DNA from: an uncultured Smithella sp.
GTDB lineage: Bacteria; Desulfobacterota; Syntrophia; Syntrophales; Smithellaceae
Reading direction: 5' to 3'
DNA: 64,000 nt
NCBI GenBank assembly: GCA_964394715.1
Contig: CAYMYR010000002.1
Coordinates: 21,867 to 85,866 of the forward strand
The number at the start of each line of letters is the position of its first letter. The stretch's first letter is position 1. Shown one piece after another: positions 48,224 to 57,274 of the stretch. Position numbers and translations under genes: made by a program. The notes beneath the pieces were generated by a model. It saw nothing but the letters and a program-made list of their open reading frames with translations. It was not told the DNA's origin and ran no database searches.

Positions 48224-49048
48224 GTGGTAAGACCATTGAAAGTTCTGTGCATCGGCGGATCGGATTCGGGTGGAGGAGCGGGCATTCAGGCCGATTTAAA
48301 AGCGGTCAACGCCTGCGGTTGCTATGCCATGACGGTGATTACGGCGCTTACGGCTCAAAACACGCGCGGTGTACAAAATATTTTTCCGGTCCCGAAGAAG
48401 TTCATTGCAGCGCAGCTGGATTCTGTATTGAGCGATATCGGTTCAGATGCAGTGAAAACCGGAATGCTTCTGACACCGGGTGCGGTCGATGCTGTTGTGA
48501 GAGCAATTGTGCATTACAGGCTGAAGAATGTTGTTGTGGATCCTGTGATGACGGCCAAGGGCGGCCGCACCATGATGTGTGAAGCGGCGCAAAGGGTGCT
48601 TGTCAAAAAGCTGCTGCCGCTCGCATCGGTTGTCACTCCCAACATTCCGGAGGCAGAATCTCTGGCCGGGATGAAAATCCGGTCAGTCGCAGAAATGAAG
48701 AAGGCTGCTTTCGTGATATGCGCGACGGGGGTGAAGTATGTGGTGATCAAAGGCGGCCATCTGTTCGGCAGAAACATTGCCGGCAGTATCGACATTGTTT
48801 ATGACGGAAATCAGTTCTGTGAATTTTCATCGGAACGGATCAAAACAAAAAACACGCATGGCACCGGTTGTACGTTTGCGTCGGTGCTGGCTGCCAGTCT
48901 TGCGCAGGGCATGAACGCGGCGGAATCGGCCGGCCGGGCCAAGTCCATGGTGAGCAGTGCAATTAAGCATTCTCTGCAATTGGGAAAGGGTCACGGGCCG
49001 GTGAATATTTTTAAAAGCCTGTATTTATCAGGATGGAGGGAGTCATGA
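48224..49048 (+). CDS. thiD: Hydroxymethylpyrimidine/phosphomethylpyrimidine kinase
   Basis: KVLCIGGSDSGGGAGIQADLKA, KTGML, and the C-terminal HGTGCTFAS. GTG start with GGAGGA upstream. Confidence 0.92.
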   Translation: MVRPLKVLCIGGSDSGGGAGIQADLKAVNACGCYAMTVITALTAQNTRGVQNIFPVPKKFIAAQLDSVLSDIGSDAVKTGMLLTPGAVDAVVRAIVHYRLKNVVVDPVMTAKGGRTMMCEAAQRVLVKKLLPLASVVTPNIPEAESLAGMKIRSVAEMKKAAFVICATGVKYVVIKGGHLFGRNIAGSIDIVYDGNQFCEFSSERIKTKNTHGTGCTFASVLAASLAQGMNAAESAGRAKSMVSSAIKHSLQLGKGHGPVNIFKSLYLSGWRES

Positions 49049-50316
49049 CACAACTGGAAAAAGCCCGCAGCGGGATGTTCTCAGAAGAGATGGAGATCTG
49101 CGCTGCAGAAGAAGGCGTTGAGGTGGAATATATCCGGCAGGGTGTGGCGGACGGAACAATCGTGATTTGCCGCAATGTCAACCACAAGACCATCAAACCG
49201 CTTGTCATCGGCAGGGGATTGCGAACGAAAGTCAACGCCAACATCGGCACATCGAAAGACAACAATGATCCGGCTGCCGAACTTGAAAAGCTTCATGTTG
49301 CCTGCAAGGCTGGAGCTGACGCGGTGATGGACCTGTCCACCGGCGGGGACCTGGCCTCCATACGCAAAGCGGTAATGGAGCAATCAACCGTGGCCATCGG
49401 GACGGTGCCGATTTACCAGGCCGCCGTAAAAATTCTCGGTGAGAAAAAAGCGATTTCAGAAATGAGCCCGGACGACATGTTTGCGGTCATTGAAGAAAAC
49501 GGACGCGACGGTGTTGATTTTATCACGGTCCATTGCGGAGTCAACCGTGAGAGTGTGGCCGCGGTGGAGCAGCAGGGAAGAGTTTTGGGGATTGTTAGTC
49601 GGGGCGGTTCCATGATTGCCAACTGGATGCGCTGCAACAGCCGCGAAAATCCGCTTTATGAAGAATATGACAGGTTGCTTGCCATTGCGCATCGTTATGA
49701 CATGGTTTTGAGTCTGGGGGACGGTCTGCGTCCGGGCGCGATTCACGACGCAACGGACCGCGGGCAAATCAGCGAACTGATCATCCTGGGAGAGCTGGCC
49801 GCGCGCGCCCGAGACGCGGGGGTTCAGGTGATGATTGAAGGTCCCGGTCATGTCCCGATTACCGAAGTGGAAGCCAATATCAGCCTTCAGAAAAAATTAT
49901 GCCAGGGGGCTCCTTTTTATGTTCTGGGGCCGCTGCCAACAGACATTGCACCCGGTTACGACCACATTACCTCCGCGATAGGCGGCGCCATTGCCGGAGC
50001 GGCCGGAGCGGATTTTCTCTGTTATGTGACTCCGGCGGAGCACCTGCGTCTACCGACGCTGGCCGATGTCCGGGACGGTGTCATTGCCTCGCGTATTGCC
50101 GCACATATTGCGGATATTGCCAAAGGAATTAAAGGCGCGGAAGAACAGGACCGGAAAATGTCCCTGTGCCGGAAAAAATTTGACTGGCAGGGCCAGGTTG
50201 ATTTGTCCATTGATCCCGAAAAGACAGTTGCTCTTCTGGAAAAAAGCAAAAGTGCCAATGAGGAAGGCTGCACGATGTGCGGTGAATTCTGCGCGATCAA
50301 ACTGGGCAAAAAATAA
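49045..50316 (+). CDS. thiC: Phosphomethylpyrimidine synthase (short form)
   Basis: VNANIGTS, DLSTGG, VPIYQA, GIVSRGGS, IEGPGHVP, and the C-terminal CTMCGEFCA. The ATG overlaps the thiD TGA (ATGA) and GGAGGGA lies upstream. Confidence 0.93.
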   Translation: MTQLEKARSGMFSEEMEICAAEEGVEVEYIRQGVADGTIVICRNVNHKTIKPLVIGRGLRTKVNANIGTSKDNNDPAAELEKLHVACKAGADAVMDLSTGGDLASIRKAVMEQSTVAIGTVPIYQAAVKILGEKKAISEMSPDDMFAVIEENGRDGVDFITVHCGVNRESVAAVEQQGRVLGIVSRGGSMIANWMRCNSRENPLYEEYDRLLAIAHRYDMVLSLGDGLRPGAIHDATDRGQISELIILGELAARARDAGVQVMIEGPGHVPITEVEANISLQKKLCQGAPFYVLGPLPTDIAPGYDHITSAIGGAIAGAAGADFLCYVTPAEHLRLPTLADVRDGVIASRIAAHIADIAKGIKGAEEQDRKMSLCRKKFDWQGQVDLSIDPEKTVALLEKSKSANEEGCTMCGEFCAIKLGKK

Positions 50317-50346
50317 GCATACGCCGGAAAAGAGAAAGAGAGATCG

Positions 50347-51699
50347 ATGCGGACGGAGGGCGGGCAAGACAGTGAAAAAATCCGTGCAGCCGGGGCGATT
50401 GTAGGACGCTTGAAAGAGTCGGGGTTTGAAGCGTACTTTGTGGGCGGCTGTGTGCGGGATTATCTGCGAGGCGTTATCCCTGCCGATTATGATATCGTGA
50501 CCTCAGCCCTGCCGGATCAGGTGATTGGCCTTTTTGACCGCACGGTTGCCGTAGGTGCAAGATTTGGCGTCGTTGTCGTGATAGAGGATGGATATTCCTT
50601 TGAGGTGGCGACTTTCCGCAGCGATGATGCGTATGAAGACGGCAGACGTCCCTCCCGGATTCACTATGCATCAGCCCGTGAGGACGTTTTCAGAAGAGAT
50701 TTTACGATCAACGGACTGCTGATGGATGCAGATACGGGAGAGATTATTGATTATGTGGATGGCCGCACCGACATCGCCTCGAAAATCATCCGGACCATCG
50801 GTGAACCGGCGGTACGCTTCGGTGAAGACTATCTGCGCATGCTGCGGGCAATTCGTTTTGCGGCCAATCTTGATTTCACCCTTGATGATGCCACGAAAAA
50901 TGCGATTACCAAACATGCTCCCAGAATCAAAGACACCAGCGCGGAACGCGTACAGGAGGAGTTGAATAAGATTCTCTCACGCGGCGGTGCGCGCCGGGGT
51001 TTGGAAATGATGGCTGAGACAGGGATCCTGAAACAGATTCTTCCGGAAGTGGAAAGCATGCTGGGAGTTTTGCAGCCGCCCCGGTTTCATCCGGAAGGTG
51101 ACGTGTGGGAGCACACCATGATCATGCTGAAGAGATTATCTGATGAAACTGCGCCGGAGACCGATTTGACCCTGGCGTGGGGTGTCCTTCTGCATGATGT
51201 GGGGAAGCCCGTGTCGCGATCGGAAGATGAAAACGGGGTGCATTTTTACGGTCACGTCAAACAGGGAGAAGCGATTGCCGACGGTCTCATGCGTCGGTTG
51301 CGCTTTTCCCGGGCGCAGAGGGAAACCGTTCTGAACCTGATTCACCAGCACATGGTTTTCATGAATGTCAGGAAAATGAGGCAGGCGCGCCTGAAAAGGT
51401 TTCTCCGGATGGAGGATTTTCATCTGCACCTGCAGCTGCATCGGCTGGATTGCCTGGCCAGCCACGGGATGCTGGACAATTATGAGTTCTGCCTCGAAAA
51501 AATGCAAAGTCTGGAACAGGAGGAACTGCATCCTCCCCGCCTCCTGACGGGTGATGACCTCCTGGCTATTGGATTTGCTCCGGGAAAGCTGATCGGCGAG
51601 ATTCTGCGTTTGCTGGAAGAAGAGCAACTGGAAAACCGAATCAGGGATAAAGAAGAGGCGCTGGCGTTTGTACGCGGCCGCTGGACGACATCGCACTGA
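50347..51699 (+). CDS. cca: CCA-adding tRNA nucleotidyltransferase with HD domain
   Basis: YFVGGCVRDYLRG, DYDIVT, RRDFTINGL, and HD region LLHDVGKP. Confidence 0.88.
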   Translation: MRTEGGQDSEKIRAAGAIVGRLKESGFEAYFVGGCVRDYLRGVIPADYDIVTSALPDQVIGLFDRTVAVGARFGVVVVIEDGYSFEVATFRSDDAYEDGRRPSRIHYASAREDVFRRDFTINGLLMDADTGEIIDYVDGRTDIASKIIRTIGEPAVRFGEDYLRMLRAIRFAANLDFTLDDATKNAITKHAPRIKDTSAERVQEELNKILSRGGARRGLEMMAETGILKQILPEVESMLGVLQPPRFHPEGDVWEHTMIMLKRLSDETAPETDLTLAWGVLLHDVGKPVSRSEDENGVHFYGHVKQGEAIADGLMRRLRFSRAQRETVLNLIHQHMVFMNVRKMRQARLKRFLRMEDFHLHLQLHRLDCLASHGMLDNYEFCLEKMQSLEQEELHPPRLLTGDDLLAIGFAPGKLIGEILRLLEEEQLENRIRDKEEALAFVRGRWTTSH

Positions 51700-51724
51700 A
51701 TACTGAAAGAGGAAGTCGATCAAC

Positions 51725-52495
51725 ATGGGGAAAATGAAAAAAATTGTCCTTGGAATACTCATTCTCACGGTGGTCGTTCTTCTTCTGCAGGCCTGCACCA
51801 GCCGTGTAAAACAGGTGCGGCCGGGGACGCGCTTGCCGAAACGCCAACTGGCTGTGATGGGATACACGATTCAGGCAGGAGCGTTTGCAAACGTGGATAA
51901 TGCCGTACGTTTGACCGAAAAGCTCAAAAATCAGAATTTGGATGCGACCTATTTTAAAGCCGGCGACGGCTTGTTTAAGGTTCGGTTCGGGAATTTTTCA
52001 TCAAAAGAACAGGCCCGGCGGCGCGCAATGAGCCTCCGGCAGTCTGGAGTGATCGAAGAATTTTATATTGTCCGGCCTGAAGAATACGCCGTTTCTAAAC
52101 GCAGACAATACGGTGATGAATATTTGAGAAGGTCACTGGTGAACAGTGCCCGGGATTTTATCGGTGTGCCTTATCTGTGGGGAGGGGTCTCTGCCGAAAC
52201 GGGATTTGACTGCAGCGGGTTGACAATGACAGTTTACCAGTTGAACGGGCTGGATCTGCCGAGGCATTCAGCCGCGCAGTATGACGCAGGTGAGCCCATC
52301 GATAAAAACGATCTGCAGAGTGGCGATCTGATTTTTTTTAATACGCGCGGTCGTGGAATTGTTTCTCACGTGGGAATTTATATCGGCGACGGCCGTTTCA
52401 TTCATGCGCCGTCGAGAGGAAAAAATATCCGTATCGACTCTCTGTCTGATGAATATTATGCCGCCCGTTATGTTGGATCAAGAAATTATCTGTGA
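51725..52495 (+). CDS. Lipoprotein with SPOR domain and NlpC/P60 peptidoglycan endopeptidase domain
   Basis: Lipobox LLQAC. A SPOR-like segment YTIQAGAFANVDNAVRLTEKLK..FKVRFGNFSSKEQA. NlpC/P60 catalytic FDCSGL ... VSHVGIYIGDGRFIHAP. Confidence 0.85.
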   Translation: MGKMKKIVLGILILTVVVLLLQACTSRVKQVRPGTRLPKRQLAVMGYTIQAGAFANVDNAVRLTEKLKNQNLDATYFKAGDGLFKVRFGNFSSKEQARRRAMSLRQSGVIEEFYIVRPEEYAVSKRRQYGDEYLRRSLVNSARDFIGVPYLWGGVSAETGFDCSGLTMTVYQLNGLDLPRHSAAQYDAGEPIDKNDLQSGDLIFFNTRGRGIVSHVGIYIGDGRFIHAPSRGKNIRIDSLSDEYYAARYVGSRNYL

Positions 52496-52664
52496 CCTTT
52501 CAGGCCTTCTGAAATCCTTGCCAGCATTGAATTACAGCGGGCAATAAGTGAAGTGCGTCAAAAATAATCGTTGTGAAAATTCCACGCAGCGTTTTTTTCT
52601 GAAGAAATCTTTTTTCCCTCCAAAATAAAAAACGAAAAAAAATAATTTTTTTTAACACTTTTTG

Positions 52665-52693
52665 TTGACCGGAGAAAAAAAATAGAGTAAAAT
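52665..52693 (+). promoter_or_regulatory. Near-consensus sigma70 promoter with an A/T-rich upstream (UP-like) tract
   Basis: TTGACC (52665-52670), an exact 17-nt spacer, then TAAAAT (52688-52693). About 60 bp of A/T runs precede it. Confidence 0.6.
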
Positions 52694-52761
52694 TAAAACC
52701 AAAGAAAGGTTACTGATTCCCAAAAAGAAAAAGTAAACTCAACCAAAGGAGGCTAAACCCA

Positions 52762-52968
52762 ATGACAGCAACAGCAAAGAAAGCAGTGAAGAAGGCCGCG
52801 AAACCAGCCGCAAAGAAACCAGCGGCAAAGAAGAAAGTCGTGAAGAAGGCTGCCAAGCCTGCCGCGAAGAAAGTCGTCAAGAAGGCCGCCAAGAAAGTTG
52901 TCAAGAAGGCTGCTGCAAAGAAACCCGCGGCGAAAAAAGTTGTCAAGAAGGCCGCAGCCAAAAAGTAG
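52762..52968 (+). CDS. Histone H1-like Lys/Ala-rich small DNA-binding protein (68 aa)
   Basis: MTATAKKAVKKAAKPAAKKPAAKKKVVKKAAKPAAKKVVKKAAKKVVKKAAAKKPAAKKVVKKAAAKK. AAGGAGG RBS, flanked by a promoter and a terminator. Confidence 0.8.
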   Translation: MTATAKKAVKKAAKPAAKKPAAKKKVVKKAAKPAAKKVVKKAAKKVVKKAAAKKPAAKKVVKKAAAKK

Positions 52969-52987
52969 CATCAACCAGTTATGTGAT

Positions 52988-53029
52988 TTAAAGAGCAGGC
53001 AGACGAAAGTCGCCTGCTCTTTAAATTTT
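52988..53029 (+). terminator. Rho-independent terminator
   Basis: 13-bp perfect stem TTAAAGAGCAGGC / GCCTGCTCTTTAA with an 11-nt loop, followed by ATTTTG. Confidence 0.8.
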
Positions 53030-53266
53030 GCTTCCAGTTCTTTTTTGTTTTTCCCCTCCAACAGGTATTACTTCCTTTGAATTCATTATGGAGTCTGCAT
53101 CATCCTCTTCAGGAGAACCTTTTTTGAATATCCATGATTTGTTTAATACGGCAATATCATGATGAGTGGTTTGTTTTTGCCCTTTCGCGATTCGCCTTGT
53201 CTATTGACAGAAGCACGAAACCATCATATAGGAAGCACAATTTGATAGAAAAGGCAGAACACAGAA

Positions 53267-54022
53267 ATGCTGGAATTAAGAAATATTTATTTTACCATAC
53301 CGGATCATGAGAAAAGCCTTGGTATCCGCAATATCATCGAAGGAATAAATTATACCTTTGATGACGGCAAATTTTATGCGATCACCGGTCCGAATGGCAG
53401 CGGAAAGACTTCTCTGGCAAAATTGATCATGGGAATCAATCCCGTCTCAAAAGGCTCCATTGTTTATGATGGAATGGAGATTTCCGCCCTGACGATTACC
53501 GAACGTGCCAGGGCAGGCATTGCTTACAGCTTTCAGCAGCCCGCACGTTTCAAAGGAATTACCTTTCGTGATCTGCTGACGATTGCCACAGGGATTGAAG
53601 ATGAAAAGAAGCTTTTGGCTATTCTGAGAAGGGTGGGTATCTGCCCGCTGTCATTTCTCGATAAAGAAGTAGACGCCAAGCTCTCAGGTGGTGAAATCAA
53701 GAAAATAGAACTGGCAACAACCATTGCCACCAATCCCAAACTGGCCATATACGACGAACCGGACACGGGAATCGATTTATGGACGATCGGTCCAATGGTG
53801 AATCTGCTGAAGAAGGAGCTTGCCGAAAACAAGACGACAACCATTGTGGTCAGTCACAACAGGTCTTTTTTAGAGGCGGCGGATGTTGTGATGATCATTA
53901 ATTCAGGCAGAATTGTTTATGATGGAAACCTGGAAGGCGCCATGCCGCTTCTGGATGACCTGAGCATTTGTACTTACCGGAACACCTGTGAAGGAGACCG
54001 TGATGCTGGATGCTATCGATAA
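53267..54022 (+). CDS. sufC: Fe-S cluster assembly ATPase SufC-like
   Basis: Walker A GPNGSGKTSLAKLIMG, signature LSGGEIKKIEL, Walker B AIYDEPDTGIDL, and H-loop VVSHN. Confidence 0.85.
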   Translation: MLELRNIYFTIPDHEKSLGIRNIIEGINYTFDDGKFYAITGPNGSGKTSLAKLIMGINPVSKGSIVYDGMEISALTITERARAGIAYSFQQPARFKGITFRDLLTIATGIEDEKKLLAILRRVGICPLSFLDKEVDAKLSGGEIKKIELATTIATNPKLAIYDEPDTGIDLWTIGPMVNLLKKELAENKTTTIVVSHNRSFLEAADVVMIINSGRIVYDGNLEGAMPLLDDLSICTYRNTCEGDRDAGCYR

Positions 54023-54923
54023 AACATTGTTAAAAACGGTTGCCGATCTGGAATCACTGCCCAAAGGCGCCTATAATATTCGAAAGAACGGCAAACTTCT
54101 GAGCCGTCATGTGTCAGCCAATATTAATATCGAAACCAATGCCGATGAAACAGGCATTATCGTCAAAATCAAGCCGGGAACAAAAAATGAATCCGTGCAC
54201 ATTCCTGTAATATTAAGCCAGGCAGGCCTTTATGATGTGGTTTATAACACCTTTATCATCGGGGACGATGCTGAAGTTACGATCGTTGCCGGATGCGGCA
54301 TCCACTGCGGAACATCCGATCCGGAAGGTCACGCGGGTATCCATGAATTCAAGGTCGGCAAGAATGCAAAAGTGACCTATGTTGAGAAACATTATGCTTC
54401 AGGTGAAGGCAGGGGACGGAGGACGCTTAATCCGACAACAAAGGTGTTCCTCGCAGAAGGCGCTCACGCTGAAATGGAATTAACTCAAATTGCCGGTGTG
54501 GATGAAGCCAATCGGGTCAATGAAGCGTTGCTGGGGCCGGACAGCCTTTTGCTGATTACCGAGAGGGTTCTTACCGATGGTGATCAGACTGCGGTATCCA
54601 CAAATAACATTATTCTGAATGGTGCGGGAAGCCGTGCCAACATGATATCGCGGTCGGTTATGAAGGGCAATTCACGGCAGACTTTCTATGCCACCATGGA
54701 TGCACGAAACAAATGCTATGGTCATATTGAATGCGATGCCATTATTATGGATAACGGCACCAATGAAACCATGCCATCGCTGAAAGCCGAACATCCTGAT
54801 GCTGAACTGACTCATGAAGCGTCCATCGGTAAAATTGCCAGTGACCAGCTCACCAAACTGATGAGTCTCGGCCTGACCTACGATCAGGCCGTCAACCGGA
54901 TCATTCAGGGGTTCCTGAAATAA
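54003..54923 (+). CDS. SufB/SufD family Fe-S assembly protein
   Basis: Beta-helix-type repeats and a C-terminal THEASIGKIASDQLTKLMSLGLTYDQAVNRIIQGFL typical of SufBD. GAAGGAGA lies before the ATG at 54003, and the gene overlaps the end of sufC. Confidence 0.8.
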   Translation: MLDAIDKTLLKTVADLESLPKGAYNIRKNGKLLSRHVSANINIETNADETGIIVKIKPGTKNESVHIPVILSQAGLYDVVYNTFIIGDDAEVTIVAGCGIHCGTSDPEGHAGIHEFKVGKNAKVTYVEKHYASGEGRGRRTLNPTTKVFLAEGAHAEMELTQIAGVDEANRVNEALLGPDSLLLITERVLTDGDQTAVSTNNIILNGAGSRANMISRSVMKGNSRQTFYATMDARNKCYGHIECDAIIMDNGTNETMPSLKAEHPDAELTHEASIGKIASDQLTKLMSLGLTYDQAVNRIIQGFLK

Positions 54924-54976
54924 TCCGCATAAAAATCACGATAAAAAGATTTGCATAAGAATCAATCGGGCGGGAA

Positions 54977-56569
54977 ATGAAAGAAATTCTCACAGCCACT
55001 GGCGGCGTTATCCTTTTCCTGGTTGGCATGATACAACTTTCATCCGCCGTCCGGGAAATGATGAATGCCAGAATCAAGGAACTGACCAGATATGCCGTGA
55101 AAAAACCTTTCTACGGTTTAATTACCGGCATCGCATCCGCGATCCTGTTCCAGAGTTCTTCGGCCTCCATCGCGCTCACCATCGGCCTGGTCAGCGCGGG
55201 ATTAATCAGCTTTTACAGCTCTCTTGCCATTGTTTTGGGAGCGGATATTGGCACTACGCTGACCGTGCAGTTCGTCATCTGGCGGTTCACGGAATTTTCT
55301 CCCCTGATTATTTCCGCCGGCGGACTTTTGTGGATCACCTGCCGGGGCGTCTGGAAAACGGCAGGTGAAATGATTTTTTATTTTGGACTCATTTTCCTGG
55401 GACTCGATATTGTCGGCCAGGCGGCGGCGCCTCTCAAACAATCCCCTGTCTTCATGCATTATTTTACACAGACTACAAATCCGCTTTATGGCGTTGGTGT
55501 AGGTGTGGTCGCCACAGCTATTGTTCAGGCCTCCGCCATTCCCATTGCAATTTTAGCCGTATTGGCGCAGCAGGACCTCGTTTCACTGGAAAATGCCGTA
55601 CCGATTGTTCTGGGCGCCAACATTGGTACGACGGTGACGGCACTTCTGGCCGGAGCGGTCGCTAATGTGAGCGGTAAAAGAACAGCCATCTCTCATTTAA
55701 TTTTCAAATGCTTGGGTGTATTGATTTGTCTGGCCTTTTTACCGTTTTTTATCGATGTGCTGAAAGAGCTGTCCACGAGCGTCGCCCAGCAGATTGCCTG
55801 GTCGCATTTTATGCTGAATCTGGTGATTGTCGTCTTGTTTATTTATTTTCTGAAGCCTTTTGCTGCTATGATGAAAAAAATCATGCCCGGTGAAGACGAT
55901 GCTCTGCCTGTCTGGCCGGAATTTATCAGCCCGAAAGATTTGATTGATCCGGTGAAATCTCTGGATCACGTCCTGAAGGAGTTGCAGCGGCAGATGAAAC
56001 TCACGCAGATTATGCTTTTCAGAACCATGAATCTCATGTCCTTTTATGAAGAAGGCAGGGCCAGGGATATTAGTTATGTTGAAATGGTTGTGAATAATTT
56101 GCGTGAACAGATTGTCCGGTTTCTCTGGAAGGTGTCCAGCAGCCCGCTATCGGCAAAGCTTTCCAGAAGAGTCTTTGCCTACACGGCAATGGCCGGAGAC
56201 ATTAAAAGTATCGGTAACCACATCCGGTCGATCAGCGCTCTTTCCGCACAGCAGGCGTTGAGCAGGATAAAATTCAGCAATTGTGGAGAGAAAGAGCTCG
56301 GGGAAGTTCTTGAACTGGTCAAGTGCAACCTGTTGGACGCATTGGCGATGATGGAGGTTTTTGATACGGAAAAAGTGAAAAACGTTATCCGCCGTGAAGA
56401 GGAAATTGATGTTAGGGTCAGGGAAGCACTGGACAGTCACCTGAGAAGGTTTCATTCGCGTGAATGCAGCCCGGAAGCCGGCCCCATTTTTGTCGAAATG
56501 CTGGGGCATCTGGAACGCATTTCCGATCTGTGCAACAATGTGGCGGAATATCTCTGGGATATTCAATAG
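54977..56569 (+). CDS. Na/Pi cotransporter family protein with a C-terminal PhoU-like domain
   Basis: Duplicated NptA motifs (QSSSASIALTIGL and VQASAIPIAIL, GANIGTT twice), followed by a helical PhoU-like tail. Confidence 0.85.
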   Translation: MKEILTATGGVILFLVGMIQLSSAVREMMNARIKELTRYAVKKPFYGLITGIASAILFQSSSASIALTIGLVSAGLISFYSSLAIVLGADIGTTLTVQFVIWRFTEFSPLIISAGGLLWITCRGVWKTAGEMIFYFGLIFLGLDIVGQAAAPLKQSPVFMHYFTQTTNPLYGVGVGVVATAIVQASAIPIAILAVLAQQDLVSLENAVPIVLGANIGTTVTALLAGAVANVSGKRTAISHLIFKCLGVLICLAFLPFFIDVLKELSTSVAQQIAWSHFMLNLVIVVLFIYFLKPFAAMMKKIMPGEDDALPVWPEFISPKDLIDPVKSLDHVLKELQRQMKLTQIMLFRTMNLMSFYEEGRARDISYVEMVVNNLREQIVRFLWKVSSSPLSAKLSRRVFAYTAMAGDIKSIGNHIRSISALSAQQALSRIKFSNCGEKELGEVLELVKCNLLDALAMMEVFDTEKVKNVIRREEEIDVRVREALDSHLRRFHSRECSPEAGPIFVEMLGHLERISDLCNNVAEYLWDIQ

Positions 56570-56658
56570 CAAATGGATGACAGAAAAACGTGTTGCCTGA
56601 ATCGACAATGTCCTCTATAATGCAGAACAAATATGATCATCCGCCAAAGGGGGTATTC

Positions 56659-57177
56659 ATGGACAAAAGAATGAACGCATTGACTTTTGCTCTGGAAAAC
56701 GAACAAAAAGAGCGCGAATTTTACCTGGCTCACGCCCGGAAAACCAGGAATATGGCGGGCAAGAACATGTTCAAGCAAATTGCTGATGAGGAAAAGGAGC
56801 ATTATGAAATGCTCAAAAAGCTCCATGATAAATGGCAGGAGCAGAAGAAATGGCCTGCGACGGTGCCTCTGAAAGTAAAGAAGTCCCAGGCCGGGATGGT
56901 ATTGAAGTCCATGTCTGCAAAAAAATCCGCCCGGATTACCGGTACGGAAGACGAGCTCAAGGCTGTCCGCACGGCAATTGATTTTGAAGCGCGCGGAGTC
57001 GCTTTATACACCAAGCTGGGAAAACAATGTAAAGACCCGAAAGAGATAGCATTTTTTGAGATGCTGGCCGGAGTTGAGCGCGAGCATCTGTTGTCGCTGA
57101 AAGATACGGAAGAATTTCTGGCTGATCCGGGCACCTGGTACCAGCACATGGAAAGGTCGGGTCTGGACGGTGCTTAA
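56659..57177 (+). CDS. Ferritin-like/rubrerythrin-family diiron protein (no rubredoxin domain)
   Basis: Two E...ExxH half-sites: ALENEQKEREFY...EEKEHYEML and AIDFEARGVALY...VEREHLLSL. AAGGGGG lies before the ATG at 56659. Confidence 0.75.
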   Translation: MDKRMNALTFALENEQKEREFYLAHARKTRNMAGKNMFKQIADEEKEHYEMLKKLHDKWQEQKKWPATVPLKVKKSQAGMVLKSMSAKKSARITGTEDELKAVRTAIDFEARGVALYTKLGKQCKDPKEIAFFEMLAGVEREHLLSLKDTEEFLADPGTWYQHMERSGLDGA

Positions 57178-57274
57178 GTATTGCCGGCGTTTTTCAGGTG
57201 TGATTGTAAAATCCACGCCTGACGGGAGCGGTGTGATTTGCCGGGGAGAACGTGAAGGAGGAAGACATTCAAGG

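Noticed and set aside
51136-51867. 243-aa minus-strand ORF overlapping the 3' end of cca and the start of the NlpC/P60 gene
   Set aside because: It spans two well-supported plus-strand genes and their junction and has no motifs. It is a shadow ORF.
52710-53061. Minus-strand ORFs (83 and 102 aa, Phe/Ala/Leu-rich) opposite the Lys/Ala-rich gene
   Set aside because: They are the reverse-complement reading of AAG/GCC repeats. The promoter, the RBS and the U-run of the terminator (whose perfect stem is symmetric) are oriented for the plus-strand gene.
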